From Eledone cirrhosa (Eukaryota): 64,000 nucleotides of DNA. Under the pieces are notes generated by a model. It was not told the DNA's origin, did not search any database, and saw only the letters and a program-made list of their open reading frames with translations. This document shows positions 1 to 15,000 of the stretch, in pieces. Every line of letters begins with the position of its first letter. Within the stretch, counting starts at the first letter, position 1. The DNA lies in contig OZ024758.1 in NCBI GenBank assembly GCA_964016885.1, forward strand, positions 29,760,001 through 29,824,000, given 5' to 3'. A program made the position numbers and the translations under genes.

Positions 1-3000
1 TTATTGGAAGTCATATCAGTCTTTTTGTTGTTGCTATCATAAAATTATTGGAAATCATGTAAGTCTTTTTGTTGTTGCTATCATAAAATTATTGGAAGTC
101 ATGTAAGTCTTTTTGTTGTTGCTATCATAAAATTATTGGAAGTCGTGTAAGTCTTTTTGTTGTTGCTATCATAAAATTATTGGAAGTCGTGTAAGTCTTT
201 TTGTTGTTGCTATCATAAAATTATTGGAAGTCATGTAAGTCTTTTTGTTGTTGCTATCATAAAATTATTGGAAGTCATGTAAGTCTCTTTGTTGTTGCTA
301 TCATAAAATTATTGGAAGTCATGTAAGTCTTTTTGTTGTTGCTATCATAAAATTATTGGAAGTAATGTAAGTCTTTTTGTTGTTGCTATCATAAAATTAT
401 TGGAAGTCATATCAGACTTTTTGTTGTTGCTATCATAAAATTATTGGAAATCATGTAAGTCTTTTTGTTGTTGCTATCATAAAATTATTGGAAGTCATGT
501 AAGTCTTTTTGTTGTTGCTATCATAAAATTATTGGAAGTAATGTAAGTCTTTTTGTTGTTGCTATCATAAAATTATTGGAAGTCATGTAAGTCTTTTTGT
601 TGTTGGTATCATAAAATTATTGGAAGTCATGTAAGTCTTTTTGTTGTTGCTATCATAAAATTATTGGAAGTCATGTAAGTCTTTTTGTTGTTGGTATCAT
701 AAAATTATTGGAAGTCATGTAAGACTTTTTGTTGTGGGTATCATAAAATTATTGGAAGTCATGTAAGACTTTTTGTTGTTGCTATAATGAAATTATTGGA
801 AGTCATGTAAGTCTTTTTGTTGTTGGTATCATAAAATTATTGGAAGTCATGTAAGTCTTTTTGTTGTTGGTATCATAAAATTATTGGAAGTCATGTAAGT
901 GTTTTTGTTGCTATCATAAAATTATTGGAGGTCATATAAGTCTTTTTGTTGTTGCTATCATAAAATTATTGGAAGTCATGTAAGTCTTTTTGTTGTTGCT
1001 ATCATAAAATTATTGGAAGTCATGTAAGTCTTTTTGTTGTTGGTATCATAAAATTATTGGAAGTCATGTAAGTGTTTTTGTTGCTATCATAAAATTATTG
1101 GAAGTGATGTAAGTGTTTTTGTTGTTGCTATCATAAAATTATTAGAAGTCATGTAAGTCTTTTTGTTGTTGCTATCATAAAATTATTGGAAGTCTTGTAA
1201 GTCTTTTTGTGGTTGTTAGAATAAAATTATTGAAGTCATGTAAGTGTTTTTGTTGTTGGTATCATAAAATTATTGGAAGTCATGTAAGTCTTTTTGTTGT
1301 TGGTATCATAAAATTATTGGAAGTAATGTAAGTCTTTTTGTTGTTGCTATCATAAAATTATTGGAAGTCATGTAAGTGTTTTTGTTGTTGCTATCATAAA
1401 ATTATTGGAAGTCATGTAAGTCTTTTTGTTGTTGCTATCATAAAATTATTGGAAGTCTTGTAAGTCTTTTTGTGGTTGTTATAATAAAATTATTGAAGTC
1501 ATGTAAGTGTTTTTGTTGTTGGTATCATAAAATTATTGGAAGTCATGTAAGTCTTTTTGTTGTTGCTATCATAAAATTATTGGAAGTAATGTAAGTCTTT
1601 TTGTTGTTGCTATCATAAAATTATTGGAAGTCATGTAAGTCTTTTTGTTGTTGCTATCATAAAATTATTGGAAGTCATGTAAGTCTTTTTGTTGTTGCTA
1701 TCATAAAATTATTGGAAGTAATGTAAGTTTTTTGTTGTTGCTATCATAAAGTTATTGGAAGTCATGTCAGTCTTTTTGTTGTTGCTATCATAAAATTATT
1801 GGAAGTCATGTAAGTCTTTTTGTTGTTGCTATCATAAAAATATTGGAAGTCACGTAAGTCTTTTTGTTGTTGCTATCATAAAATTATTGGAAGTCATGTA
1901 AGTCTTTTTGTTGTTGCTATCATAAAATTATTGGAAGTCATGTAAGTCTTTTTGTTGTTGCTATCATAAAATTATTGGAAGTCATGTAAGTCTTTTTGTT
2001 GTTGCTATCATAAAATTATTGGAAGTAATATAAGTCTTTTTGTTGTTGCTATCATAAAATTATTGGAAGTTATGTAAGTCTTTTTGTTGTTGCTATCATA
2101 AAATTATTGGAAGTAATATAAGTCTTTTTGTTGTTGCTATCATAAAATTATTGGAAGTCATATCAGTCTTTTTGTTGTTGCTATCATAAAATTATTGGAA
2201 ATCATGTAAGTCTTTTTGTTGTTGCTATCATAAAATTATTGGAAGTCATGTAAGTCTTTTTGTTGTTGCTATCATAAAATTATTTGAAGTAATGTAAGTG
2301 ATTTTGTTGTTGCTATCATAAAATTATTGGAAGTCATGTAAGTCTTTTTGTTGTTGGTATCATAAAATTATTGGAAGTTATGTAAGACTTTTTGTTGTTG
2401 CTATCATGAAATTATTGGAAGTCATGTAAGTCTTTTTGTTGTTGGTATCATAAAATTATTGGAAGTCATGTAAGTCTTTTTGTTGTTGGTATCATAAAAT
2501 TATTGGAAGTCATGTAAGTGTTTTTGTTGCTATCATAAAATTTTTTGAAGTAATGTAAGTCTTTTTGTTGTTGCTATCATAAAATTATTGGAAGTCATGT
2601 AAGTTTTTTTGTTGTTGCTATCATAAAATTATTGGAAGTCATATCAGTCTTTTTGTTGTTGCTATCATAAAATTATTGGAAGTCATATCAGTGTTTTTGT
2701 TGTTGCTATCATAAAATTATTGGAAGTAATGTAAGTCTTTTTGATGTTGCTATCATAAAATTATTGGAAGTCATGTAAGTGTTTTTGTTGTTGCTATCAT
2801 AAAATTATTGGAAGTAATATAAGTGTTTTTGTTGTTGCTATTATAAAATTATTGGAAGTCATGTAAGTGTTTTTGTTGTTGCTATCATAAAATTATTGGA
2901 AGTCATGTAAGTCTTTTTGTTGTTGCTATCATAAAATTATTGGAAGTCATGTAAGTCTTTTTGTTGTTGCTATCATAAAATTATTGGAAGTCGTGGAAGT

Positions 3001-6000
3001 CTTTTTGTTGTTGCTATCATAAAATTATTGGAAGTCGTGTAAGTCTTTTTGTTGTTGCTATCATAAAATTATTGGAAGTCATGTAAGTCTTTTTGTTGTT
3101 GCTATCATAAAATTATTGGAAGTAATGTAAGTCTTTTTGTTGTTGCTATCATAAAATTATTGGAAGTCGTGTAAGTCTTTTTGTTGTTGCTATTATAAAA
3201 TTATTGGAAGTCATGTAAGTCTTTTTGTTGTTGCTATCATAAAATTATTGGAAGTAATATAAGTCTTTTTGTTGTTGCTATCATAAAATTATTGGAAGTC
3301 ATATCAGTCTTTTTGTTGTTGCTATCATAAAATTATTGGAAATCATGTAAGTCTTTTTGTTGTTGCTATCATAAAATTATTGGAAGTCATGTAAGTCTTT
3401 TTGTTGTTGCTATCATAAAATTATTTGAAGTAATGTAAGTGATTTTGTTGTTGCTATCATAAAATTATTGGAAGTAATGTAACTCTTTTTGTTGTTGCTA
3501 TCATAAAATTATTGGAAGTAATGTAAGTCTTTTTGTTGTTGCTATCATAAAATTATAGGAAGTCATGTCAGTCTTTTTGTTGTTCCTATCATAAAATTAT
3601 TGGAAGTAATGTAAGTCTTTTTGATGTTGCTATCATAAAATTATTGGATGTCATGTAAGACTTTTTGTTGTTGGTATCATAAAATTATTGGAAGTCATGT
3701 AAGTCTTTTTGTTGTTGGTATCATATAATTATTGGAAGTCATGTAAGTCTTTTTGTTGTTGCTATCATAAAATTATTGGAAGTCATATCAGTGTTTTTGT
3801 TGTTGCTATCATAAAATTATTGGAAGTAATGTAAGTCTTTTTGATGTTGCTATCATAAAATTATTGGAAGTCATGTAAGTGTTTTTGTTGTTGCTATCAT
3901 AAAATTATTGGAAGTAATATAAGTGTTTTTGTTGTTGCTATTATAAAATTATTGGAAGTCATGTAAGTGTTTTTGTTGTTGCTATCATAAAATTATTGGA
4001 AGTCATGTAAGTCTTTTTGTTGTTGCTATCATAAAATTATTGGAAGTCATGTAAGTCTTTTTGTTGTTGCTATCATAAAATTATTGGAAGTCGTGTAAGT
4101 CTTTTTGTTGTTGCTATCATAAAATTATTGGAAGTCGTGTAAGTCTTTTTGTTGTTGCTATCATAAAATTATTGGAAGTCATGTAAGTCTCTTTGTTGTT
4201 GCTATCATAAAATTATTGGAAGTCATGTAAGTCTTTTTGTTGTTGCTATCATAAAAATATTGGAAGTCACGTAAGTCTTTTTGTTGTTGCTATCATAAAA
4301 TTATTGGAAGTCATGTAAGTCTTTTTGTTGTTGCTATCATAAAATTATTGGAAGTCATGTAAGTCTTTTTGTTGTTGCTATCATAAAATTATTGGAAGTC
4401 ATGTAAGTCTTTTTGTTGTTGCTATCATAAAATTATTGGAAGTAATATAAGTCTTTTTGTTGTTGCTATCATAAAATTATTGGAAGTCATGTAAGTCTTT
4501 TTGTTGTTGCTATCATAAAATTATTGGAAGTAATATAAGTCTTTTTGTTGTTGCTATCATAAAATTATTGGAAGTCATATCAGTCTTTTTGTTGTTGCTA
4601 TCATAAAATTATTGGAAATCATGTAAGTCTTTTTGTTGTTGCTATCATAAAATTATTGGAAGTCATGTAAGTCTTTTTGTTGTTGCTATCATAAAATTAT
4701 TTGAAGTAATGTAAGTGATTTTGTTGTTGCTATCATAAAATTATTGGAAGTAATGTAACTCTTTTTGTTGTTGCTATCATAAAATTATTGGAAGTAATGT
4801 AAGTCTTTTTGTTGTTGCTATCATAAAATTATTGGAAGTCATGTAAGTCTTTTTGTTGTTGCTATTATAAAATTATTTGAAAGTCATGTAAGTGTTTTTG
4901 TTGTTGCTATCATAAAATTATAGGAAGTCATGTCAGTCTTTTTGTTGTTCCTATCATAAAATTATTGGAAGTAATGTAAGTCTTTTGTGATGTTGCTATC
5001 ATAAAATTATTGGATGTCATGTAAGACTTTTTGTTGTTGGTATCATAAAATTATTGGAAGTCATGTAAGTCTTTTTGTTGTTGGTATCATATAATTATTG
5101 GAAGTCATGTAAGTCTTTTTGTTGTTGGTATCATAAAATTATTGGAAGTCATGTAAGACTTTTTGTTGTTGCTATCATGAAATTATTGGAAGTCATGTAA
5201 GTCTTTTTGTTGTTGGTATCATAAAATTATTGGAAGTCATGTAAGTCTTTTTGTTGTTGGTATCATAAAATTATTGGAAGTCATGTAAGTGTTTTTGTTG
5301 CTATCATAAAATTTTTTGAAGTAATGTAAGTCTTTTTGTTGTTGCTATCATAAAATTATTGGAAGTCATGTAAGTCTTTTTGTTGTTGCTATCATAAAAT
5401 TATTGGAAGTCATATCAGTCTTTTTGTTGTTGCTATCATAAAATTATTGGAAGTCATATCAGTGTTTTTGTTGTTGCTATCATAAAATTATTGGAAGTAA
5501 TGTAAGTCTTTTTGATGTTGCTATCATAAAATTATTGGAAGTCATGTAAGTGTTTTTGTTGTTGCTATCATAAAATTATTGGAAGTAATATAAGTGTTTT
5601 TGTTGTTGCTATTATAAAATTATTGGAAGTCATGTAAGTGTTTTTGTTGTTGCTATCATAAAATTATTGGAAGTCATGTAAGTCTTTTTGTTGTTGCTAT
5701 CATAAAATTATTGGAAGTCATGTAAGTCTTTTTGTTGTTGCTATCATAAAATTATTGGAAGTCGTGGAAGTCTTTTTGTTGTTGCTATCATAAAATTATT
5801 GGAAGTCGTGTAAGTCTTTTTGTTGTTGCTATCATAAAATTATTGGAAGTCATGTAAGTCTCTTTGTTGTTGCTATCATAAAATTATTGGAAGTCATGTA
5901 AGTCTTTTTGTTGTTGCTATCATAAAATTATTGGAAGTAATGTAAGTCTTTTTGTTGTTGCTATCATAAAATTATTGGAAGTCGTGTAAGTCTTTTTGTT

Positions 6001-9000
6001 GTTGCTATCATAAAATTATTGGAAGTAATGTAAGTCTTTTTGTTGTTGCTATCATAAAATTATTGGAAGTCATATCAGTCTTTTTGTTGTTGCTATCATA
6101 AAATTATTGGAAATCATGTAAGTCTTTTTGTTGTTGCTATCATAAAAATATTGGAAATCACGTAAGTCTTTTTGTTGTTGCTATCATAAAATTATTGGAA
6201 GTCATGTAAGTCTTTTTGTTGTTGCTATCATAAAATTATTGGAAGTCATGTAAGTCTTTTTGTTGTTGGTATCATAAAATTATTGGAAGTCATGTAAGTG
6301 TTTTTGTTGTTGCTATCATAAAATTATTAGAAGTCATGTAAGTCTTTTTGTTGTTGCTATCATAAAATTATTGGAAGTCATGTAAGTCTTTTTGTTGTTG
6401 CTATCATAAAATTATTGGAGGTCTTGTAAGTCTTTTTGTGGTTGTTATAATAAAATTATTGAAGTCATGTAAGTGTTTTTGTTGTTGGTATCATAAAATT
6501 ATTGGAAGTCATGTAAGTCTTTTTGTTGTTGGTATCATAAAATTATTGGAAGTAATGTAAGTCTTTTTGTTGTTGCTATCATAAAATTATTGGAAGTCAT
6601 ATCAGTCTTTTTGTTGTTGCTATCATAAAATTATTGGAAATCATGTAAGTCTTTTTGTTGTTGCTATCATAAAAATATTGGAAATCACGTAAGTCTTTTT
6701 GTTGTTGCTATCATAAAATTATTGGAAGTCATGTAAGTCTTTTTGTTGTTGGTATCATAAAATTATTGGAAGTAATGTAAGTCTTTTTGTTGTTGCTATC
6801 ATAAAATTATTGGAAGTCATGTAAGTCTTTTTGTTGTTGCTATCATAAAATTATTGGAAGTCATGTAAGTCTTTTTGTTGTTGCTATCATAAAATTATTG
6901 GAAGTAATGTAAGTTTTTTGTTGTTGCTATCATAAAATTATTGGAAGTCATGTCAGTCTTTTTGTTGTTGCTATCATAAAATTATTGGAAGTCATGTAAG
7001 TCTTTTTGTTGTTGCTATCATAAAAATATTGGAAGTCACGTAAGTCTTTTTGTTGTTGCTATCATAAAATTATTGGAAGTCATGTAAGTCTTTTTGTTGT
7101 TGCTATCATATAATTATTGGAAGTCATGTAAGTCTTTTTGTTGTTGCTATCATAAAATTATTGGAAGTCATGTAAGTCTTTTTGTTGTTGCTATCATAAA
7201 ATTATTGGAAGTCATGTAAGTCTTTTTGTTGTTGCTATCATAAAATTATTGGAAGTAATATAAGTCTTTTTGTTGTTGCTATCATAAAATTATTGGAAGT
7301 CATATCAGTCTTTTTGTTGTTGCTATCATGAAATTATTGGAAATCATGTAAGTCTTTTTGTTGTTGCTATCATAAAATTATTGGAAGTCATGTAAGTCTT
7401 TTTGTTGTTGCTATCATAAAATTATTTGAAGTAATGTAAGTCTTTTTGTTGTTGCTATCATAAAATTATTGGAAATCATGTAAGTCTTTTTGTTGTTGCT
7501 ATCATAAAATTATTGGAAGTCATGTAAGTCTTTCTGTTGTTGCTATCATAAAATTATTGGAAGTCATGTAAGTCTTTTTGTTGTTGCTATCATAAAATTA
7601 TTGGAAAATATGTAAGTCTTTTTGTTGTTGCTATCATAAAATTATTGGAAGTCATGTAAGTCTTTTTGTTGTTGCTATCATAAAATTATTTGAAGTAATG
7701 TAAGTCTTTTTGTTGTTGCTATCATAAAATTATTGGAAGTCATATCAGTGTTTTTGTTGTTGCTATCATAAAATTATTGGAAGTAATGTAAGTCTTTTTG
7801 ATGTTGCTATCATAAAATTATTGGAAGTCATGTAAGTGTTTTTGTTGTTGCTATCATAAAATTATTGGAAGTCATGCCAATCTAAGTCTTTTTATGCTTG
7901 CTATCATAAAATTATTGGAAGTCATGTAAGTCTTCTTGTTGCTATCATAAAATAAATTGAAAGTCATGTAAGTCTTTTTGTTGTTGCTATCATAAAATTA
8001 TTGGAAGTCATGTAAGTGTTTTTGTTGTTGCTATCATAAAATTATAGGAAGTCATGTCAGTCTTTTTGTTGTTGCTATCATAAAATTATTGGAAGTAATG
8101 TAAGTCTTTTTGTTGTTGCTATCATAAAATTATTGGAAGTCATGTAAGTGTTTTTGTTGTTGCTATCATAAAATTATTGGAAGTAATGTAAGTGTTTTTG
8201 TTGTTGCTATCATAAAATTATTAGAAGTCATGTAAGTCATTTTGTTGTTGCTATCATAAAATTATTGGAAGTCATGTAAGTGTTTTTGTTGTTGCTATCA
8301 TAACATTATTGGAAGTCATGTAAGTCTTTTTGTTGTTGCTATCATAACATTATTGGAAGTCATGTAAGTGTTTTTGTTGTTGCTATCATAACATTATTGG
8401 AAGTCATGTAAGTCTTTTTGTTGTTGCTATCATAAAATTATTGGAAGTCATGTAAGTCTTTTTGTTGTTGATATCATAATATTATTGGAAGTGATGTAAG
8501 TGTTTTTGTTGTTGCTATCATAAAATTATTGGAAGTCATGTAAGTCTTTTTGTTGTTGCTATCATAAAATTATTGGAAGTGATGTAAGTCTTTTTGTTGT
8601 TGCTATCATAAAATTATTAGAAGTGATGTAAGTCTTTTTGTTGTTGCTATCATAAAATTATTGGAAGTCATGTAAATCTTTTTGTTGTTGCTATCATAAA
8701 ATAATTTGGAAGTCATGTAAGTCTTTTTGTTGTTGCTATCATAAAATTATTGGAAGTCATGCCAATCTAAGTCTTTTTATGGTTGCTATCATAAAATTAT
8801 TGGAAGTCATGTAAGACTTTTAGTTGTTGGTATCATAAAATTATTGGAATTCATGTAAGTCTTTTTGTTGTTGCTATCATAAAATTATTGGAAGTCATGT
8901 AAGTCTTTTTGTTGTTGCTATCATAAAATTATTGGAATTCATGTAAGTCTTTTTGTTGTTGCTATCATAAAATTATTGGAAGTCATGTAAGTCTTTTTGT

Positions 9001-12000
9001 TGTTGCTATCATAAAATTATTGGAAGTCATGTAAGTCTTTTTGTTGTTGCTATCATAAAATTATTGGAAGTCATGTAAGTATTTTTGTTGTTGCTATCAT
9101 AAAATTATTGGAAGTCATGTAAGTCTTTTTGTTGTTGCTATCATAAAATTATTGGAAGTCGTGTAAGTCTTTTTGTTGTTGCTATCATAAAATTATTGGA
9201 AGTAATGTAAGTCTTTTTGTTGTTGCTATCCAAAAATTATTGGAAGTCATGTAAGTCTTTTTGTTGTTGCTATCATAAAATTATTGGAAGTAATGTAAGT
9301 CTTTTTGTTGTTGCTATCATAAAATTATTGGAAGTCATGTAAGTCTTTTTGTTGTTGCTATCCAAAAATTATTGGAAGTCATGTAAGTCTTTTTGTTGTT
9401 GCTATCATAAAATTATTAGAAGTGATATAAGTCTTTTTGTTGTTGCTATCATAAAATTATTGGAAGTCATGTAAATATTTTTGTTGTTGCTATCATAAAA
9501 TAATTTGGAAGTCATGTAAGTCTTTTTGTTGTTGCTATCATAAAATTATTGGAAGTCATGCCAATCTAAGTCTTTTTATGGTTGCTATCATAAAATTATT
9601 GGAAGTCATGTAAGTCTTCTTGTTGCTATCATAAAATAAATTGGAAGTCATGTAAGTCTTTTTGTTGTTGCTATCATAAAATTATTGGAAGTCATGTAAG
9701 TCTTTTTTTTTTTGCTATCATAAAATTATCAGAAGTCATGTAAGTGTTTTTGTTGTTGCTATCATAAAATTATAGGAAGTCATGTCAGTCTTTTTGTTGT
9801 TGCTATCATAAAATTAATGGAAGTCATGTAAGTCTTTTTGTTGTTGCTATCATAAAATTATTGGAAGTAATGTAAGTCTTTTTGTTGTTGCTATCATAAA
9901 ATTATTGGAAGTCATGTAAGTGTTTTTGTTGTTGCTATCATAAAATTATTGGAAGTAATGTAAGTGTTTTTGTTGTTGCTATCATAAACTTATTAGAAGT
10001 CATGTAAGTCATTTTGTTGTTGCTATCATAAAATTATTGGAAGTCATGTAAGTGTTTTTGTTGTTGCTATCATAACATTATTGGAAGTCATGTAAGTCTT
10101 TTTGTTGTTGCTATCATAAAATTATCGGAAGTCATGTAAGTGTTTTTGTTGTTGCTATCATAACATTATTGGAAGTCATGTAAGTCTTTTTGTTGTTGCT
10201 ATCATAAAATTATTGGAAGTCATGTAAGTCTTTTTGTTGTTGATATCATAAAATTATTGTAAGTGATGTAAGTGTTTTTGTTGTTGCTATCATAAAATTA
10301 TTGGAAGTCATGTAAGTCTTTTTTTTGTTGCTATCATAAAATTATTAGAAGTGATGTAAGTCTTTTTGTTGTTGCTATCATAAAATTATTGGAAGTCATG
10401 CCAATCTAAGTCTTTTTATGGTTGCTATCATAAAATTATTGGAAGTCATGTAAGTCTTCTTGTTGCTATCATAAAATAAATTGGAAGACATGTAAGTCTT
10501 TTTGTTGTTGCTATCATAAAATTATTGGAAGTCATGTAAGTCTTTTTGTTGTTGCTATCATAAAATTATTGGAAGTCATGTAAGTGTTTTTGTTGTTGCT
10601 ATCATAAAATTATTGGAAGTCATGTAAGTGTTTTTGTTGTTGCTATCATAAAATTATTAGAAGTCATGTAAGTCATTTTGTTGTTGCTATCATAAGATTA
10701 TTGGAAGTCATCTAAGTGTTTTTGTTGTTGCTATCATAAAATTATTGGAAGTCATGTAAGTCTTTTTGTTGTTGCTATCATAAAATTATTGGAAGTCATG
10801 TAAGTCTTTTTGTTGTTGCTATCATAAAATTATTGGAAGTGATGTAAGTGTTTTTGTTGTTGCTATCATAAAATTATTGGAAGTCATGTAAGTGTTTTTG
10901 TTGTTGCTATCATAAAATTATAGGAAGTCATGTCAGTCTTTTTGTTGTTGCTATCATAAAATTATTGGAAGTAATGTAAGTCTTTTTGTTGTTGCTATCA
11001 TAAAATTATTGGAAGTCATGTAAGTGTTTTTGTTGTTGCTATCATAAAATTATTGGAAGTAATGTAAGTGTTTTTGTTGTTGCTATCATAAAATTATTAG
11101 AAGTCATGTAAGTCATTTTGTTGTTGCTATCATAAAATTATTGGAAGTCATGTAAGTGTTTTTGTTGTTGCTATCATAACATTATTGGAAGTCATGTAAG
11201 TCTTTTTGTTGTTGCTATCATAACATTATTGGAAGTCATGTAAGTGTTTTTGTTGTTGCTATCATAACATTATTGGAAGTCATGTAAGTCTTTTTGTTGT
11301 TGCTATCATAAAATTATTGGAAGTCATGTAAGTCTTTTTGTTGTTGATATCATAATATTATTGGAAGTGATGTAAGTGTTTTTGTTGTTGCTATCATAAA
11401 ATTATTGGAAGTCATGTAAGTCTTTTTGTTGTTGCTATCATAAAATTATTGGAAGTGATGTAAGTCTTTTTGTTGTTGCTATCATAAAATTATTAGAAGT
11501 GATGTAAGTCTTTTTGTTGTTGCTATCATAAAATTATTGGAAGTCATGTAAATCTTTTTGTTGTTGCTATCATAAAATAATTTGGAAGTCATGTAAGTCT
11601 TTTTGTTGTTGCTATCATAAAATTATTGGAAGTCATGCCAATCTAAGTCTTTTTATGGTTGCTATCATAAAATTATTGGAAGTCATGTAAGACTTTTAGT
11701 TGTTGGTATCATAAAATTATTGGAATTCATGTAAGTCTTTTTGTTGTTGCTATCATAAAATTATTGGAAGTCATGTAAGTCTTTTTGTTGTTGCTATCAT
11801 AAAATTATTGGAATTCATGTAAGTCTTTTTGTTGTTGCTATCATAAAATTATTGGAAGTCATGTAAGTCTTTTTGTTGTTGCTATCATAAAATTATTGGA
11901 AGTCATGTAAGTCTTTTTGTTGTTGCTATCATAAAATTATTGGAAGTCATGTAAGTATTTTTGTTGTTGCTATCATAAAATTATTGGAAGTCATGTAAGT

Positions 12001-15000
12001 CTTTTTGTTGTTGCTATCATAAAATTATTGGAAGTCGTGTAAGTCTTTTTGTTGTTGCTATCATAAAATTATTGGAAGTAATGTAAGTCTTTTTGTTGTT
12101 GCTATCCAAAAATTATTGGAAGTCATGTAAGTCTTTTTGTTGTTGCTATCATAAAATTATTGGAAGTAATGTAAGTCTTTTTGTTGTTGCTATCATAAAA
12201 TTATTGGAAGTCATGTAAGTCTTTTTGTTGTTGCTATCCAAAAATTATTGGAAGTCATGTAAGTCTTTTTGTTGTTGCTATCATAAAATTATTAGAAGTG
12301 ATATAAGTCTTTTTGTTGTTGCTATCATAAAATTATTGGAAGTCATGTAAATATTTTTGTTGTTGCTATCATAAAATAATTTGGAAGTCATGTAAGTCTT
12401 TTTGTTGTTGCTATCATAAAATTATTGGAAGTCATGCCAATCTAAGTCTTTTTATGGTTGCTATCATAAAATTATTGGAAGTCATGTAAGTCTTCTTGTT
12501 GCTATCATAAAATAAATTGGAAGTCATGTAAGTCTTTTTGTTGTTGCTATCATAAAATTATTGGAAGTCATGTAAGTCTTTTTTTTTTTGCTATCATAAA
12601 ATTATCAGAAGTCATGTAAGTGTTTTTGTTGTTGCTATCATAAAATTATAGGAAGTCATGTCAGTCTTTTTGTTGTTGCTATCATAAAATTAATGGAAGT
12701 CATGTAAGTCTTTTTGTTGTTGCTATCATAAAATTATTGGAAGTAATGTAAGTCTTTTTGTTGTTGCTATCATAAAATTATTGGAAGTCATGTAAGTGTT
12801 TTTGTTGTTGCTATCATAAAATTATTGGAAGTAATGTAAGTGTTTTTGTTGTTGCTATCATAAACTTATTAGAAGTCATGTAAGTCATTTTGTTGTTGCT
12901 ATCATAAAATTATTGGAAGTCATGTAAGTGTTTTTGTTGTTGCTATCATAACATTATTGGAAGTCATGTAAGTCTTTTTGTTGTTGCTATCATAAAATTA
13001 TCGGAAGTCATGTAAGTGTTTTTGTTGTTGCTATCATAACATTATTGGAAGTCATGTAAGTCTTTTTGTTGTTGCTATCATAAAATTATTGGAAGTCATG
13101 TAAGTCTTTTTGTTGTTGATATCATAAAATTATTGTAAGTGATGTAAGTGTTTTTGTTGTTGCTATCATAAAATTATTGGAAGTCATGTAAGTCTTTTTG
13201 TTGTTGCTATCATAAAATTATTAGAAGTGATGTAAGTCTTTTTGTTGTTGCTATCATAAAATTATTGGAAGTCATGCCAATCTAAGTCTTTTTATGGTTG
13301 CTATCATAAAATTATTGGAAGTCATGTAAGTCTTCTTGTTGCTATCATAAAATAAATTGGAAGTCATGTAAGTCTTTTTGTTGTTGCTATCATAAAATTA
13401 TTGGAAGTCATGTAAGTCTTTTTGTTGTTGCTATCATAAAATTATTGGAAGTCATGTAAGTGTTTTTGTTGTTGCTATCATAAAATTATTGGAAGTCATG
13501 TAAGTGTTTTTGTTGTTGCTATCATAAAATTATTAGAAGTCATGTAAGTCATTTTGTTGTTGCTATCATAAGATTATTGGAAGTCATCTAAGTGTTTTTG
13601 TTGTTGCTATCATAAAATTATTGGAAGTCATGTAAGTCTTTTTGTTGTTGCTATCATAAAATTATTGGAAGTCATGTAAGTCTTTTTGTTGTTGCTATCA
13701 TAAAATTATTGGAAGTGATGTAAGTGTTTTTGTTGTTGCTATCATAAAATTATTGGAAGTCATGTAAGTCTTGTTGTCGTTGCTATCATAAAATTATTGG
13801 AAGTAATGTAAGTGTTTTTGTTGTTGCTATCATAAAATTATTGGAAGTCATGTAAGTGTTTTTGTTGTTGCTATCATAAAATTATTAGAAGTAATGTAAG
13901 TCTTTTTGTTGTTGCTATCATAAAATTATTAGAAGTAATGTAAGTCTCTTTGTTGTTGCTATCATAAAATTATTGGAAGTCATGTAAGTTTTTTTGTTGT
14001 TACTATCATAAAATTATTGGAAGTAATGTAAGTGTTTTTGTTGTTGCTATCATAAAATTATTGGAAGTCATGTAAGTGTTTTTGTTGTTGCTATCATAAA
14101 ATTATTGGAAGTCATGTAAGTCTTTTTGTTATTGCTATCATAAAATTATTGGAAGTCATGTAAGTGTTTTTGTTGCTATCATAAAATTATTGATGTCATG
14201 TAAGTGTTTTTGTTGTTGCTATCATAAAATTATTGGAAGTCATGTAATTCTTTTGTTGTTGTTGTCATAAAATAATTTGGAAGTCATGTAAGTCTTTTTG
14301 TTGTTGCTATCATAATATTATAGCAAATCATGTAAGATTTTTTCTTGTTGCTATCATAAAATTATTGGAAGTCATGTAAGTGTTTTTGTTGCTATCATAA
14401 AATTATTGGAAGTCATATAAGTCTGTTTGTTGTTGCTATCATAAAATTATTGGAAGTCATGTAAGTGTTTTTGTTGTTGCTATCATAAAATTATAGGAAG
14501 TCATGTCAGTCTTTTTGTTGTTGCTATCATAAAATTATTGGAAGTAATGTAAGTCTTTTTGTTGTTGCTATCATAAAATTATTGGAAGTCATGTAAGTGT
14601 TTTTGTTGTTGCTATCATAAAATTATTGGAAGTAATGTAAGTGTTTTTGTTGTTGCTATCATAAAATTATTAGAAGTCATGTAAGTCATTTTGTTGTTGC
14701 TATCATAAAATTATTGGAAGTCATGTAAGTGTTTTTGTTGTTGCTATCATAACATTATTGGAAGTCATGTAAGTCTTTTTGTTGTTGCTATCATAACATT
14801 ATTGGAAGTCATGTAAGTGTTTTTGTTGTTGCTATCATAACATTATTGGAAGTCATGTAAGTCTTTTTGTTGTTGCTATCATAAAATTATTGGAAGTCAT
14901 GTAAGTCTTTTTGTTGTTGATATCATAATATTATTGGAAGTGATGTAAGTGTTTTTGTTGTTGCTATCATAAAATTATTGGAAGTCATGTAAGTCTTTTT

